Below, piece by piece: positions 27,150 through 40,190 of a stretch of 64,000 nucleotides of DNA. A program made the position numbers and the translations under genes. The notes below the pieces were generated by a model. It did no database searches and was not told where the DNA came from. It saw only the letters and a list, made by a program, of their open reading frames with translations. Each line of letters opens with the position of its first letter. The first letter of the stretch is position 1. Source of the stretch: Paragordius varius. Its lineage: Eukaryota > Animalia > Nematomorpha. The stretch is from assembly GCA_964247055.1 (NCBI GenBank), contig OZ176060.1, forward strand, positions 1,240,001-1,304,000, given 5' to 3'.

Positions 27150-28080
27150 TAAATTAATATAAATATAAATTATTTAAATTTATTAATTTATTTATTAAAA
27201 TTTAAATTTAATTAGCCCAGTTTTTCAAGAGTTCCTTATTTTTTGCTTTTTCAATCTTTTTTAAAATTCAAAACTGTTTTATTTTTAAATATATATATAT
27301 ATATATATATGTATATAAAATATATAAATTATTTAAATTTATTAATTTATTAATTAAAATTAATATTTTCTTTAGCCCAGCTAAGAGTTCCTTATTTTTT
27401 GCTTTTCCATCTTTTTTGAAATTCAAAACTTTTTTTCGAAAAATTCTTAATTTTTATTTTTAGAAATTTTATGAAATAAAATAATTTATTATTCCAATTT
27501 CTTCGAGAGTTTATTTTTAGCCATTTCAATCTTTTTTAAAATTCAAAACTTTTTTGAAAAATCCTTTAAATTTTTTAATTTTTTTTTAATATAAAAATTT
27601 TAAATAAAATATATATATATAAATTATTTAAATTTATTAATTAATTTTATATTTTTGAAAATTAAATTTTATTAAGCCCAGCTTTTTCAAGAGTTCCTTA
27701 TTTTTGCTTTTTCAATCTTTTTTGAAATTCAAAATTTTTAACCAAAAATCCTTAATATTCTATTTTTAATAAAATTTATTAAAATTATATATTTTTAAAT
27801 AACATAAATTTATATATATATATATAAATTATTTAAATATATATATATATATATATAAAAATTATTTAAATTTTTTCAAAATAAAAAAATTTAAATTTTT
27901 TTAGCCTAGCTTTTTCAAGAGTTCCTTGTTTTTTGTTTCTTTCAATCTTTTATAAATTTCGCATTTTTTTATTATGTATTTCTTAATATTTTTCATTTAA
28001 AAAAATATTTTATAAATATATATATATATATAAATATTATATAAATTATTTATATTTATTAATTTATTTATTAAAATTAA
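24950..28080 (-). repeat. Array of about 16 echoes (130-250 bp) of the RPL7A terminal codons, stop and AT-rich 3' flank
   Basis: Recurrent GATTGAAAAAGCAAAAAATAAGGAACTCTTGAAAAAGCTGGGCTAA with indels and (TA)n spacers. Confidence 0.9.
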
Positions 28081-28086
28081 ATTTAT

Positions 28087-28191
28087 TCATCCTAATTTTT
28101 TCAAGAGTTCCTTATTTTTTGCTTTTTCAATCTTTGAAAGTCTGGCTTCAGATTTGGCGCCAAGCTTCCCGCCTCCCCAATGTCTACGAAT
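28087..28191 (-). CDS. RPL7A: RPL7A exon 6b, intact duplicate of exon 6a encoding the same peptide (TGA stop)
   Basis: Intact TAG acceptor; 6 differences from 6a, all silent. Confidence 0.75.
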   Translation of the reverse strand: MRRHWGGGKLGAKSEARLSKIEKAKNKELLKKLG

Positions 28192-28778
28192 CTAAAAATA
28201 TTTTTAAATAAAAATTAATTAAAAATTATTTTTTAAAAATTATATATTTGTTAAAAATTATATATTTTTTAAAAATATAATATATAAAAATAGTTAAAAA
28301 TTTAAAAAAGATTTTGAAATAAATATTTTTTTAAAAAAAATTTAAAATAAATTAATTTTTATTATTAAGTATATGAATAAATATTTTTTAAAAAATTGTT
28401 TAACTATAAGATGAATTAAATAAAAATTTAACAAATATAATATTAAAAAGTATATAAAAAAATAAATATATAAAATATTAAATAAATTTAAAAAATCAAA
28501 GATATTCAAAATTTAAATTTTTAGTCAATATATTAATAAAAAAATTTATTTAATTATAAAATTATTTTTTTTAAAAAAAAAATTATAAAAATTAGAGGTT
28601 AATAAAAAATTCAAAATTATTTACAAAAATATTTGTTTTTTCATTTAATAAATTTTTATAAATAATATATTTAAATTAAATAATTTAAAATAATATAAAA
28701 CAAATAAAAAAACTCAAAATTCAATTCATATATAATATTAATTTTTTTAAAAAATAATAAAATAATTTTAAAAAAAAC

Positions 28779-28848
28779 CTCATCAAAACGATCATTGAAA
28801 TTAGTTTTAATTACTTCAGTCAATTTACTCAATGAAGCACTATCTTCT
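28779..28848 (-). CDS. RPL7A: RPL7A exon 5b, intact duplicate of exon 5a encoding the same peptide
   Basis: Intact TAG acceptor and GT donor; 4 differences from 5a, all synonymous. Confidence 0.75.
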
Positions 28849-28859
28849 CTAAAATAAAA

Positions 28860-28924
28860 AAATAAAAATTATATTAAAAATTAACTAAAAAATCAAAAAT
28901 ATATAAAAGAATTAAAAAAATAAA

Positions 28925-28955
<31 letters not shown>

Positions 28956-30830
28956 TTTTTAATTAAATTAATTTAAAATATTCAACTCTTATATTAAAGT
29001 TAATTTTGGTGCCTAATTATAGTTTTATTATATGTAAAAAAATTGCAAAATTTAATTTTTAACCTTTAAAAAAATGTTCAAAACCTCAATTATTACATAT
29101 AATTAACCTTAATGAATCTTAAATATTATAAAATTTTAAAGATTCTAAAAAACTAAATAATTCGGGTTAATTTTGGTTAATTTTATAGTCCATCTTAAAA
29201 AAGTGTAATTAGATTGTAAAACTCAATTTTTAGCATTTGAAAAAAATGTTCAAAACCTCAATTATTAAACATGATTAACTAAAATCAATCTTAAAATCAT
29301 ATAAAAATTTAAAGATTCTAAAAAACTAAATAATTTTTACGGGTTAATTTTGGTACCTATTTATATAGTTATATTAAAAAGTGTCAATAGATTGCAAAAC
29401 TCAATTTTTAGCCTTTTAAAAAAGGTTTCAAAGCCTCAATTTTTACATATATTAAATTATTATTTCTCAATTTTTTTTAAAGATTTTAACAAACTAAATA
29501 ATTTTTACAGGTTGGTTTAATGACAGAATGTTTCCAATAAGAATTTAAAACATATTTAAAAACCATACAAAACTGAATTTTCAACCTTTGGAAAACGTTT
29601 CAAAGTATTTGCCCTTTTCAATTTCTTAAATCTTGAAATAAAAAATATTAAAAGATTTTTACGGGTTAATTTTGGTAAAAGCTACGCATTTACAAGATTT
29701 TAATCATAAACAAATTATCAATCTAAGGCTTTAAAACGTATTTCAAAAGCATACAAAACTCAATTTTCAACCTTTGGATAATGTTTCAAAGTTTTTTCAT
29801 ATATTTTCTGGATATTTTAAATTCTCAAATTTTAAAAAATAAAATCCAAACTATGCTTTACGGGTTAATTGGGTGAGGTTTCACGTAAAAATCAATTTAA
29901 AATCAATAATTTCACTTATTTTAATTTAAACTAATTGTAATTTTAAAGCTTTAAAACGTATTTTAAAACTTTTTAAATTTTCTAAGTAAATAAAAAAATT
30001 ACAATCCAAAAACATTTTATAAATTAATTTTATTGAGCGTTGAATTTTTTCACTAATTTATATATTAAACTTTAGATAGTATTTCAAAAGCATACAAATA
30101 CTCCGATTAATAGGGGATTTTTTCAAAATTTTGGAACTATTTCAAAGCTTTTTATAAAAACGCTCTTAGTGATTTATTAACATCTAAAAAAATTTTTTAT
30201 TTAATTAATTTTGTTAACTATACATGTTGAATTCTTTCTATTATTAAAGTTTAAAACTTTAAAACGTATTTCAAAAATATACAAAACTCAAAAACTTTGA
30301 AAAAAAATTTTGATTATAAAATTTAAGATCTTATGGTTAATTATGATTTTAAAAGATATTTTTAATGTATAAATACCCGAAAATTATATATTTAGGGTAA
30401 TTTCTATAAAATCTCAGTTCAAAAGATGGCTTTTTCTTTTAATATAAAAATTTTTTTTTGAAACTATATAAAATAATTTTTTTAAACTCACTATTTAAAA
30501 TCTTAATTATAATGAATACGTTTTTATTAAATTGTATTATAAAATATACTCATATAGCCCGATTTTTGGCATGCTCACAAACACCATTTAATAAATTTAA
30601 GAGATAATAACGCCTGTAAATCATGTTTAAAAAAGTTTTTAAATTATATAAGAAAAACTTTAGTTCTTTAAAAAATATTTCACTCTGATTTGAATTTCAA
30701 CTTAAAACTTTAAAAAACTCTGAAAAATTTTTACGGGTTAATTTTAGTGAGAGTTACGCGTTAAATGTCTTTCTGTGGACCAGAATTCCCAATCTCACTT
30801 TTAAATTGTATTAAAGGCTTTAAAACTCGC
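28860..30830 (-). repeat. Degenerate copy of the RPL7A exon-4 3' half (30730-30810) and downstream donor echoes, within the duplicated 3' module
   Basis: ..RLGILVHRKT.. with a 1-nt deletion and AACCC|GTAA; ACGGGTTAATTTTGG motif recurs near 29163, 29340, 29660 and 29860. Confidence 0.8.
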
Positions 30831-31503
30831 TTGCCTGCCTTAAATAAAATAACTCTCAAAAGCTTACTTTGTTTCCAAAATTGTGATCTGATATATAAAA
30901 ATACCACAAACGTAAAATAAACTAAAACAAATGAAAAAAACAAAAAGGTAATAAAGTTTTGAATAAAAATTTTGGAGATAGTATAATTTAATAAATTTTA
31001 CGAGATATCAAATTATTATATTAACATAAAATATTGGTTCGCGTTGACAATATTTAAAAAATATTCAGTTTAAAATTTATTTTTTTCCTAATTTCTTAAA
31101 GAGTTTAGCAAAATTTTAAAAACAAAAATCCATCTAATTTATATTAACCCATTTTAAATAAGTCCCCTTATACATCCTTTACCCATTTGAAAAAGTTTCA
31201 CAAAACTTTATTAAAATTTTTTTAAAAATATTTTTTACGTATATATTTTCAAATAAAATATATATATATATATATATAATATTTATATTTATTAATATAT
31301 TTGCTATTTTCAAAATAAAAAATTATTATTTTCCATTCCAATATTTACTTATTTTTTTGATTTTTCAATCTTTTTTGAAATTCAACAATTTTTTATTATC
31401 CTTGATAATTTTCATTTTAATTAAATATATATATATTTAAGTAAATTAATATAAATAAATAAATATAAATTATTTAAATTTATTAAAATTAAATTTAATT
31501 TCT

Positions 31504-31608
31504 TTAGCCCAGCTTTTTCAAGAGTTCCTTATTTTTTGCTTTTTCAATCTTTGAAAGTCTGGCTTCAGATTTGGCGCCAAGCTTCCCGCCTCCCCAATGT
31601 CTACGGAT
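31504..31608 (-). CDS. RPL7A: RPL7A exon 6a ([34 protein letters not shown])
   Basis: IRRHWGG motif and TAA stop. The CDS totals 909 nt, in frame. Confidence 0.93.
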   Translation of the reverse strand: MRRHWGGGKLGAKSEARLSKIEKAKNKELLKKLG

Positions 31609-32257
31609 CTATGAAAATAAAAAATATTTTTTTAATAAAAATAATTAAATTAATAAATAATTATATAAATTGATATATATATAATATATATATATATATT
31701 ATATCAAAAATCTATTAAAACTTAAAAATTATATTAGTTTTATTAATATATATATATATATATATATATATTAAATAGTTTTAAATATTTTAAAATAAAA
31801 CTAAAAATTTGAAAAATATTGAAACTTAAGTTAATTGTATATTTGTAATTTTGATTGAAAAAATATATATTATTAATATATAGGTTTTTTTAAAATTTTA
31901 AAAATATTAATTATAAATCTTAATTCAAAAATAAATATAATTAATAAAAAAATTAATATTATTAATAATAATATTAATATATATATAGGAATTACAAAGA
32001 ATATATATATTAAAAAAATAAATTTTATATATATAAATTAAATATGTTTTTTTGAATTTTTTAGATTAATTAAATATATATTTTATTTTTATTTTTTTTA
32101 AATAATATATATAAATTAAATGTTTTTAATTTTTTTATATAATTTAAAAATAAAACAATTTTAAAAATTATATATTTTATAATTTCTTTAAAAATAATAA
32201 GATAAATATTTAAATTAAATAATTTATAAATAATTTAATTTTTCTAAAATTAGAAAC

Positions 32258-32327
32258 CTCATCAAAACGATCATTGAAATTAGTTTTGATAACTTCGGTC
32301 AATTTGCTCAATGAAGCACTATCTTCT
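32258..32327 (-). CDS. RPL7A: RPL7A exon 5a (EDSASLSKLTEVIKTNFNDRFDE)
   Basis: Matches [23 protein letters not shown]; 70 nt, phases 2/0. Confidence 0.92.
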
Positions 32328-32329
32328 CT

Positions 32330-33587
32330 AAAATAAAAATTGAAAATATATTAAAATTATAAAAATAATAGAAAATAAATAAATGTATTAAAAAAATAAT
32401 TGAAAATATATAAACATTTTTTAATTAAATTAATTTAAAAATATCCTACTCTTATTTTAAATTTCAACTTTAAAGTTAAACTTTAAAAAACTCCAAAGAA
32501 TTTTTACGGATTAATTTTGGTAGCTAATTTTATAATTAATGTTAAAAAAGTACGTGAATAGATTGCAAAACTCAATTTTTAGCATTTGAAAAAATGTTCA
32601 AAACCTCAATTATTACATATAATTAACCTTAAACAATCTTAAATATTATATAAATTTAAAGGTTTTTAAAAAAACTAAATAACATTTCGGAATTAAATTT
32701 AATTACAGAATGTTCCCAATAAGAATTTGAAAAGTTTTTCAAAAGCATACAAAACTCAATTTTCAACCTTTGGAAAACGTTTCAAAGTCTCTTCATATTT
32801 TTTTTTTTTAAATTCTTAAATCTTGAAATAAAAAATTTAAAAAAAGTTTTTACGGGTTAATTTTGGTGAGATCTACACAGGTACAAATCTTATTATAATC
32901 AATAATCTCACTATTGTAATTTAAACAAATTATCAATTTAAGGTTTTAAAAAAGCATACAAAACTCAATTTTAAAAAACCGTTTTATATTTTCTCAGGAA
33001 ATTTCGAATCCTCAAATAAAAAATTTAAAAAAGGCTTTATTATACAGGTTAATTTTGTTAGAGCTACAGAGGTACAAATTAATCATAATCTAATATATAA
33101 ACAAATTATCATTTTAAGGCTTTAAAAAGCATACAAAACTCATTTTGAAAAACTTTTTATAATTTCAAGAAATTTCGAATCCTCGAATCTTTAACCCGTA
33201 AAAATAATTATGATGAAAGCTATACAAAACAAATATATTTAAAACCAATAATTTCACTTATATTTAAAAAAAAAATCATTTTAAGGCTTCAATAAGCATA
33301 CAAAACTCAATTTTGAAAAACTGTTATATATTTTCTCAGGAAATTTCAAATCCTCAAATCTTACAAATAAAAATCTATTTTTAGGGTTTAATTTTGGTGA
33401 AAGCTACACAAGTACAAATCTTATTATAATCACTAATCCACTTATATCTCAAATAAATATTTTAATGCTTTAAAACGTTTTCCAAAAGCATACAAAACTC
33501 AATTTTCAGCCTTTGGAAAACGTTTGAAAGGCTTTTCTCTTTTAAATTCCCAAATCTTAAATAAGAATCTAAAAAAAGTTTTTTTAC
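32330..33587 (-). repeat. Tandem echoes of the RPL7A exon-4 donor end in intron 4
   Basis: TTTACGGGTTAATTTTGGTGAG..CTACAC.GGTACA-like units near 32505, 32850, 33045, 33225 and 33385. Confidence 0.8.
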
Positions 33588-33718
33588 GGGTTAATTTTGG
33601 TGAGAGCCACGCATGTACAGGTCTTTCTATGGACCAGTGTTCCTAACCTAGCCTTCCCCTTAATAATGCAATAAGGGATTCCCATTTTACGGCACAGTGC
33701 TGGTAAAAATATCACCAT
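33588..33718 (-). CDS. RPL7A: RPL7A exon 4 ([44 protein letters not shown])
   Basis: Conserved [22 protein letters not shown]; phases 0/2. Confidence 0.95.
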
Positions 33719-34399
33719 CTAAATAATAAAAAAGAAATTAATGAAAAAAGGTTTAAAAATAAATAAAATATTGGGATTATTTTAAAAATAGCTTTAAAAA
33801 ATATATAACTATGTATATTATCACAAAGAATATATATAAAAATAAACTTTATTTTAGTTTAGTTACTAAATACCATCTAAAATAAGGCTTTTTTATATCA
33901 GATATGATATAATTAAAAAACATATAATAACTCTTTTATGAATTAATGTTTTAAAATTTAAATATTAAAGTAATCAAAAAAATTATAAATAAAAATATAT
34001 CAATATATATATATATATATCATTTACAATTTATATTCACTTGAAATTTACCCTAAAAATATATTATATTTTTTAAGACTAAGGTTTTATATATTCATTT
34101 TATATCTTTAAAAAATATAAAAAGTGGTTTAAAAAATACAGAAAAAATAATAAATACTGCCACATAAGAATTTATTTCTTATTAATGATTAGTTATATTA
34201 GAAACACAAAAACAGATGATTTTTAGGGTGAATATGAATTGTTCGAAAGGGTGAATTTGAACGGTAAATGGTATATTATTAACCAATAATACTGTTCCTT
34301 TGTTGTATATACTATTTGACTACAATAATTAATAACTCTCTCCCAATATATACTTAGTTATACTGTAATTTAAATTTCAAAAATAAAATATAAACCCAC

Positions 34400-35900
34400 A
34401 AAAATATGATAGAAAACTCAATTTTTTTAGAAATTTCAAAATAATTTCCAGAATTTTCTTCAATCAAAAAAAACGTCAAAGCCTAGAATTATTAAATTTA
34501 TTCATATTCTCCCGATGCCTAAAATTTAAATTTAAACTCAAAAGAACCAATCAATTCCAAAAACAAATTCCCAGGATGTTTTTTTGAAATTTTCTAAATT
34601 ATATCATATGGTTTTACGATGGGGTCAACACGCCATGTGATGGCATGTTTTCGATTCAAAACAGACAAAATTTTCAATTTCAAAAGCTTAGAGAATAATT
34701 GTTAGATCCTAGAATTTTTGTATTTCAATCCTAAAAATATTTCCCAATGTTTCAGGAAAATTTTAAAATTTTATTTTATTTAAAAAAAATAAATCCTAAA
34801 AATATTTTTAAACTAAAACGGTTTTTTTCTCAAAAAATATTCTAAATACCACCAAATTCTTTAAATAACCATATTGTTTTAACTCAATGGATTGCAAAGT
34901 CATGTTCAATATGGCGACAAAAATGCAATGTTTTTGGTTTACAACATATCAAAATTTCAATTTCAAAAGCTTAGAGAATAATTTCAGATCCTAGAATTTT
35001 TTACAAATCAAACCTAAAAATATATTAAAATCAAAACTATTTTTTCAAAAAATATTCTAAATTCCACCAAATTCCTTAAATTAAATCCAATCATATGGTT
35101 TTACCGTAAGATGGCATAATTGTTCAATTTCAAAAGCTTAGAATAAATTTCAGATCCTAGAATTTTTTCAAACATCAATCCTAAAAATACCCAATATTTC
35201 AGCAAAAACCCATAAACCCAGAATATCGAAATTATATTTAATTCAAAATATTTCAATAGCCTAAAAATATATTTTCAAATTCAAAATTTTATTTTATTTA
35301 AAATAAATAAATCCTAATTATATTTTGAGATTAAAACGCATTTTTTCAAAAAAGAATGTAAATTCCACCAAATTCCTTAAAACACCAAATTTAAATTTCA
35401 AAAGCTTAGAATTCAATTCCTAGAATTTTTTCAAACATCAATCCTAAAAATATTGTCCAATATTTCAGAAAACCCACTCACCCAGAATATCTATATATTT
35501 TATTCAAAATAAATTAATCCTAAAAATATATTATAAGATTAAAACTATTTTTTTCAAAAAATATTCTATTTCCAGAATATTCCTTAAAACACAAATTTTC
35601 AATTTTAAAAGCTTAGAGTATAATTTCAGATGCTAGAATTTTTGCTAACATTAACCCTAAAAATATTGTCCAATATTTCAGAAAACCCACTCATTCAAAA
35701 TTTTATATATTTTTTCAAAATAAATCAATCCTAAAAATATTCTAAAATAAAATTTTCAAAATTCTAAATTCCACCAAATTCCTTAAATTACATCCAATCA
35801 TATGGTTTTATATTAAAGTCAACGTCTGATGGCAGGTTTTTGGTTCAAAAACGAATAAAACTTCAAATTCAAAAGCTTAAAGAATAATGTCAGATCCTAG
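34400..35900 (-). repeat. Old tandem array containing decayed echoes of the RPL7A exon-3 donor end
   Basis: AATCATATGG..TTTTAC..TCAAC(G)TC..GATGGCA near 34605, 34880, 35090 and 35795 resembles 38325-38390. Confidence 0.65.
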
Positions 35901-38300
35901 AACAAAAAAATAAAAAGTTTCAAACCTTTTAACCCAAAAACATTGCTAAAAACCTTAAATACTTCAAATAATTAACATTTTTGATTTCGAAAAAAAAACT
36001 TTCAGAAAACCCACTCATCCATAATTCCAGAAAAATAAAGATTGTCAAACTTTTTAACCCAAAAATAATGCAAATAAACCTTAAATAAAACCAATAATTA
36101 TCAGTCCTAAACTTGTCAACATTTCAATAAAATTCAGAATTTCAGAAATATAAAAAGTTTCAAACTTTTTAACCCAAAAATTTTGCAAAAAAACTTTAAA
36201 TAAAACCCATAATTTTCAGTCCTAAAAACATTGTCCAATATTCCAGAAAACCCACTCAACCAGATTCCAGAAATAAAAAGTTTCAAACTTTTTAACCCCA
36301 TAAACTTTGCAAAAAACACCTTACAAATAAAACCCAAATTTTCAATCCTAAAAATATTTCTCAACATTTCTGAAAAATCTGAATTTCAGAAAACTAAATA
36401 AACTTTTAACCCAAAAATATTTCAAAAAAACCTTAAATAAAATCCATATTTTTCAGTCTTAAACATTTCCTAATATTTCAGAAAAAACTAAATCACACGA
36501 ATTTCAGAAAAATAAAAAGTCTCAAACTTGTTAACCAAAAAATATAAAAAAACCTTTAAAGAAAACCCATAATTTTCAGTCGTAAAAATATTGCCCAATA
36601 TTTCAGAAAACCCACTCACCCAGAATTCCAGAAAAATAAAGACTCTCAAACTGATCAACCCAAAAATATTTCAAAAAAACCTTAAATAAACCAATAATTC
36701 TCAATCCTAAAAACATTTTCAAATGTTTCAGAAAACCCACTCACCCAGAATTCCAGAAAAATAAAGACTCTCAAACTGATCAACCCAAAAATATTTCAAA
36801 AAAACCTTAAATAAACCAATAATTCTCAATCCTAAAAACATTTTCCAATGTTTCAGAAAACCCACTCACCCAGAATTAATAAAGACTCTCAAACTTCCTA
36901 ACCCAAAAATATTTCAAAAAAACCTTAAATAAAACCCATAATTTTCAGTCTTAAAAATCAACATTACTGAAAAATCAAAATTTCAGATAACTAAACTTTT
37001 TAACCCAAAAATTTTGCAAAAAAAACTTTAAATAAAATCCATATTTTTCAGTCTTAAACATTTTCTAATGTTTAGGCAAAACTAACCCAGAATTTCGGAA
37101 AAATAAAGGGTCTCAAACTTTTTAACTAAAAAAAATTAATTTTAAAAAAAAACTTTAAATAAAACCCATAATTTTCAGTCCTAAAAATATTTTAAAAACA
37201 AAAACCACTCAAAATTTCAGAAAATAAAAACTTCTTAACCCAAAGATATTTGAAAAAAAACCTTAAATAAAACCCATAATTCAATTATAAATTTCTAATT
37301 TCAGAAAAACTCAGAATTCAAGAAAATAAAGAGTTTCAAACTTTTTAACTCAAAAATATTTCAAAAAAATTTAAATAAAACCCATAATTTTCAGTCTTAA
37401 AAATATTTCTCAACAGCAAAACTCACCCAGAATTTCATAAAAATAACCCAAAAATATTTCAAAAAAACCTTAAATAAACCAATAATTCTAAATCATAAAA
37501 CATTTTCCAATGTTTCAGAAAACCCACTCACCCAGAATTCCAGAAAAATAAAAAGTTTCAAACTTCTTAACCCAAAAATATTTCAAAAAAACCTTTAAAT
37601 AAAACCCATAATCAGACCTAAAAACATTTTCCAATGTCTCAGCAAAACTCACCCGGAATTTTAATAAAACGTTTCAAACTTTTTAACCCAAAAATTTTGC
37701 AAAAAACCCTTAAATAAAACCATAATTTTCAGTCCTAAAAATATTCCATGTTTCAGAAAACCCCCTCACCGAGAATTTCAAAAACATAAGGTCTCTCAAA
37801 CTTTTTAACCTAAAAATATTTCAGAAAAACCTTAAATTAAACCCATAATTTTCAGTCTTAAAAATCAACATTTCTGAAAAATCAAAATAGATAACTAAAC
37901 TATTTAACCCAAAAATTTTGCAAAAAAACTTTAAATAAAACCCATAATTCAATTATAATTTACATTTTTGATTTCGAAAAAAAAAATTTTCAGCAAAACA
38001 CACTCACCCAGAATTTGAAAAAAATAAAGGATTCTTTCAAACTTTATTGACCCAAAAATTTGCAAAAAAATTTTTAAAACCTTAATAATTCTATCATAAA
38101 CATTTCTAATATCCAAAAAACTCACCTGAACAATAAAATCTCCAATAGAAGGAAATTTTTAAGAATCTCATAAGAATAAAGGCTCTCAAATTTCTCAACC
38201 CAAAAACATATCAAAAAAAACTTTAAAAAACCTTTTATTCAAATGTTTAACAATTCTGATTTCAAATCAACTTTCAAATAAACTTTCAGCATAAAAATCA
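35900..38300. repeat. About 115-bp intronic satellite, roughly 20 units, A/C-rich on the + strand
   Basis: Unit AACCCAAAAATATTTCAAAAAAACCTTAAATAAAACCCATAATTTTCAGTC...CAGAAAACCCACTCACCCAGAATT. Confidence 0.88.
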
Positions 38301-38345
38301 ATTCCCATATATAATTTAAAATCAAATCATATGTTTTTGTTTTAC

Positions 38346-38656
38346 CTCAATAGGATCAACGTCATGCGCAATGACAACTAAGATGGCACGTTTCTGTTCC
38401 ACCAACTTGGTAACGGTATTTATGCCCGACAGTAAAACAGGTTTTCTTTTAGCCGGGGTCAATGAACTTTTTGACTGCTCAGCAGCTGTTTTGGACGGGG
38501 TCGTTGAACTCTTGTTTTTTCCACCAGCAGCAGCTGATGCTTTTTTGTTTTTAGTGTCAACGGCAACCTTAGCAGCTGCTTGAGTTTTTAATCGTTTGGT
38601 TTTAGCCAACCGCGTTTCCGGTCGATATTTATGCAGCAGACGTAAAAGTTGCGTTG
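38346..38656 (-). CDS. RPL7A: RPL7A exon 3 ([15 protein letters not shown]...[27 protein letters not shown]), with a K/S/A/T-rich insertion
   Basis: Conserved HKYRPET and [11 protein letters not shown]; phases 1/0. Confidence 0.95.
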
Positions 38657-39253
38657 CTATGGTAACCAGGGAAAAAAAGAATAATAAAGTTCGAAAAAGG
38701 CTTTGAAAAAAATAATTAATAAAATTTCTAGATTTGTTTGATTTGATAGTTTTTTTAAAAAAATCACAAGTTGCGTTGCTATGATAACACGAATAAAAGA
38801 AAAAAGAGACTTTTAGTTGTAGAAAATCTAAAAAATTAATTATTAAAAAAATTGATTTAGGCGTTGCTATGAAAAAAACTGGAAAAAGAAAATTAATTTA
38901 ATTTTTTTTTGAAAGTTCTAAAATGTGAAAATTAAATAAATTATTAATTAAAAGGATATTTGCGTTGTCATGGCAACGAAACAAAAGAACATTTTAAATA
39001 AGGTTTCAAAAAGTGTTTATAATCAAAATATTAGGCTGATTTTTGAAGATTTAACAAGTAACCCATTAATAATTAATCAACTACTTTACCCCTTATAAAT
39101 AAAAAAAGATATTTACGTTGTCATGGCAACGAAACCAAAACAAAATGGTTTTAAAAATAATCCTATAAGTAAATATTTAAAATATAAAATTGGATTTTTA
39201 CGGATTTCAAAAGTGTACCGTAAATTTTATTTTAAATGCGTTGCCATAGCAAC
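38653..39253. promoter_or_regulatory. Cluster of RFX X-box-like palindromes overlapping and upstream of the RPL7A exon-3 acceptor
   Basis: GTTGCTATGGTAAC 38653, GTTGCTATGATAAC 38775, GTTGTCATGGCAAC 38964 and 39117, GTTGCCATAGCAAC 39240. Confidence 0.55.
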
Positions 39254-39807
39254 AAAACAAAACATTGTTTCTAAAATAAAGTTTAAATAAAATTTTCAAG
39301 AAAAAGTTTGTCAGTGATCTTGGTGAAAGATTCAAGAGTAATCATAATGAGCTCAGAAGCAATATTTTCATCATTCAATTCAAAATTAATACAACTTTTT
39401 TCGGGATATTTATATTATATATATTTATATAATGCAAAATAAAAAATAAAATATATAATATATTTTAAGTTTTTAAAACAGAAAGAAAAAATACAATTAA
39501 TTCCAAAATTTTATTGAAATAACTAAAAAAATGTCATTATTAAAAAAGCTAGAATTCAAAAACATTTTATATTCAAAAAATGTCATATAAAACTCTTTAA
39601 GAAACTCAAAAGTGCTAAAATACTTAAAAAAAAATTAATTATTAAAAATGATTTCTAACCTTAAATCTAAAAAAGGGAATAACCAATCATTTTTATTATA
39701 GGAATTATGGTAGTTTTATTTCAATAAGTTTTCAAAACTGTAAGCGCAAAAAACATTGTCATTAAAAAAATGTAGCTCTACAATGTTTCAAAATTTCTAT
39801 TAAAAAC

Positions 39808-40096
39808 CTGTTTGCCTATCGACAGCTTGTCTAAATTGATTAATCGGTGGCGGTACTTTAAGCCTTTGAAGTAGGATGCGTTTTTGTCTTTGAAGTCTAA
39901 TGTACCGCGGCCATTTCACAAAACGGGTCAAGTCACGTTTCGGTTGAATATTTTGCCCAATTCCAAAATTTTTAGGCCGTTTTTCAAACAATGGATTGGT
40001 TTCTTTCTTGGGGGCTACTGGAGCTTTTTTAACAATAGCAGGGGGCGGTGCAACTTTTTTTTGCATTTTTGCAGCCTTTGAAGAGGCAGAAGATTT
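39808..40096 (-). CDS. RPL7A: 60S ribosomal protein L7a (eL8), exon 2
   Basis: [12 protein letters not shown]...[38 protein letters not shown], near-identical to animal RPL7A. Confidence 0.96.
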
Positions 40097-40137
40097 CTAA
40101 AAAAGATATAAATTTGGCAAAAATTTACTTTGATAAC

Positions 40138-40140
40138 CAT
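40138..40140 (-). CDS. RPL7A: RPL7A exon 1 (ATG only), followed by a 41-nt GT-AG intron
   Basis: ATG|GTTATC...TTTTTAG|AAATCT. Gives an N-terminus of orthologue-like length; a pyrimidine tract lies about 45 nt upstream. Confidence 0.6.
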
Positions 40141-40181
40141 TTTTAATGCTTTTTTTCGGTATTTTCCAGGCCTAAGTTGTT

Positions 40182-40190
40182 GAAAGGAAG
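40182..40190 (-). promoter_or_regulatory. TCT/5'TOP-type pyrimidine initiator (CTTCCTTTC) of RPL7A
   Basis: Pyrimidine tract about 45 nt upstream of the ATG, as expected for a ribosomal-protein gene start site. Confidence 0.6.

Noticed and set aside
34600-34660. Hairpin CATGCCATCACATGGCGTG as an intronic H/ACA snoRNA
   Set aside because: Better explained as a decayed exon-3 echo; no second hairpin or convincing H/ACA boxes.
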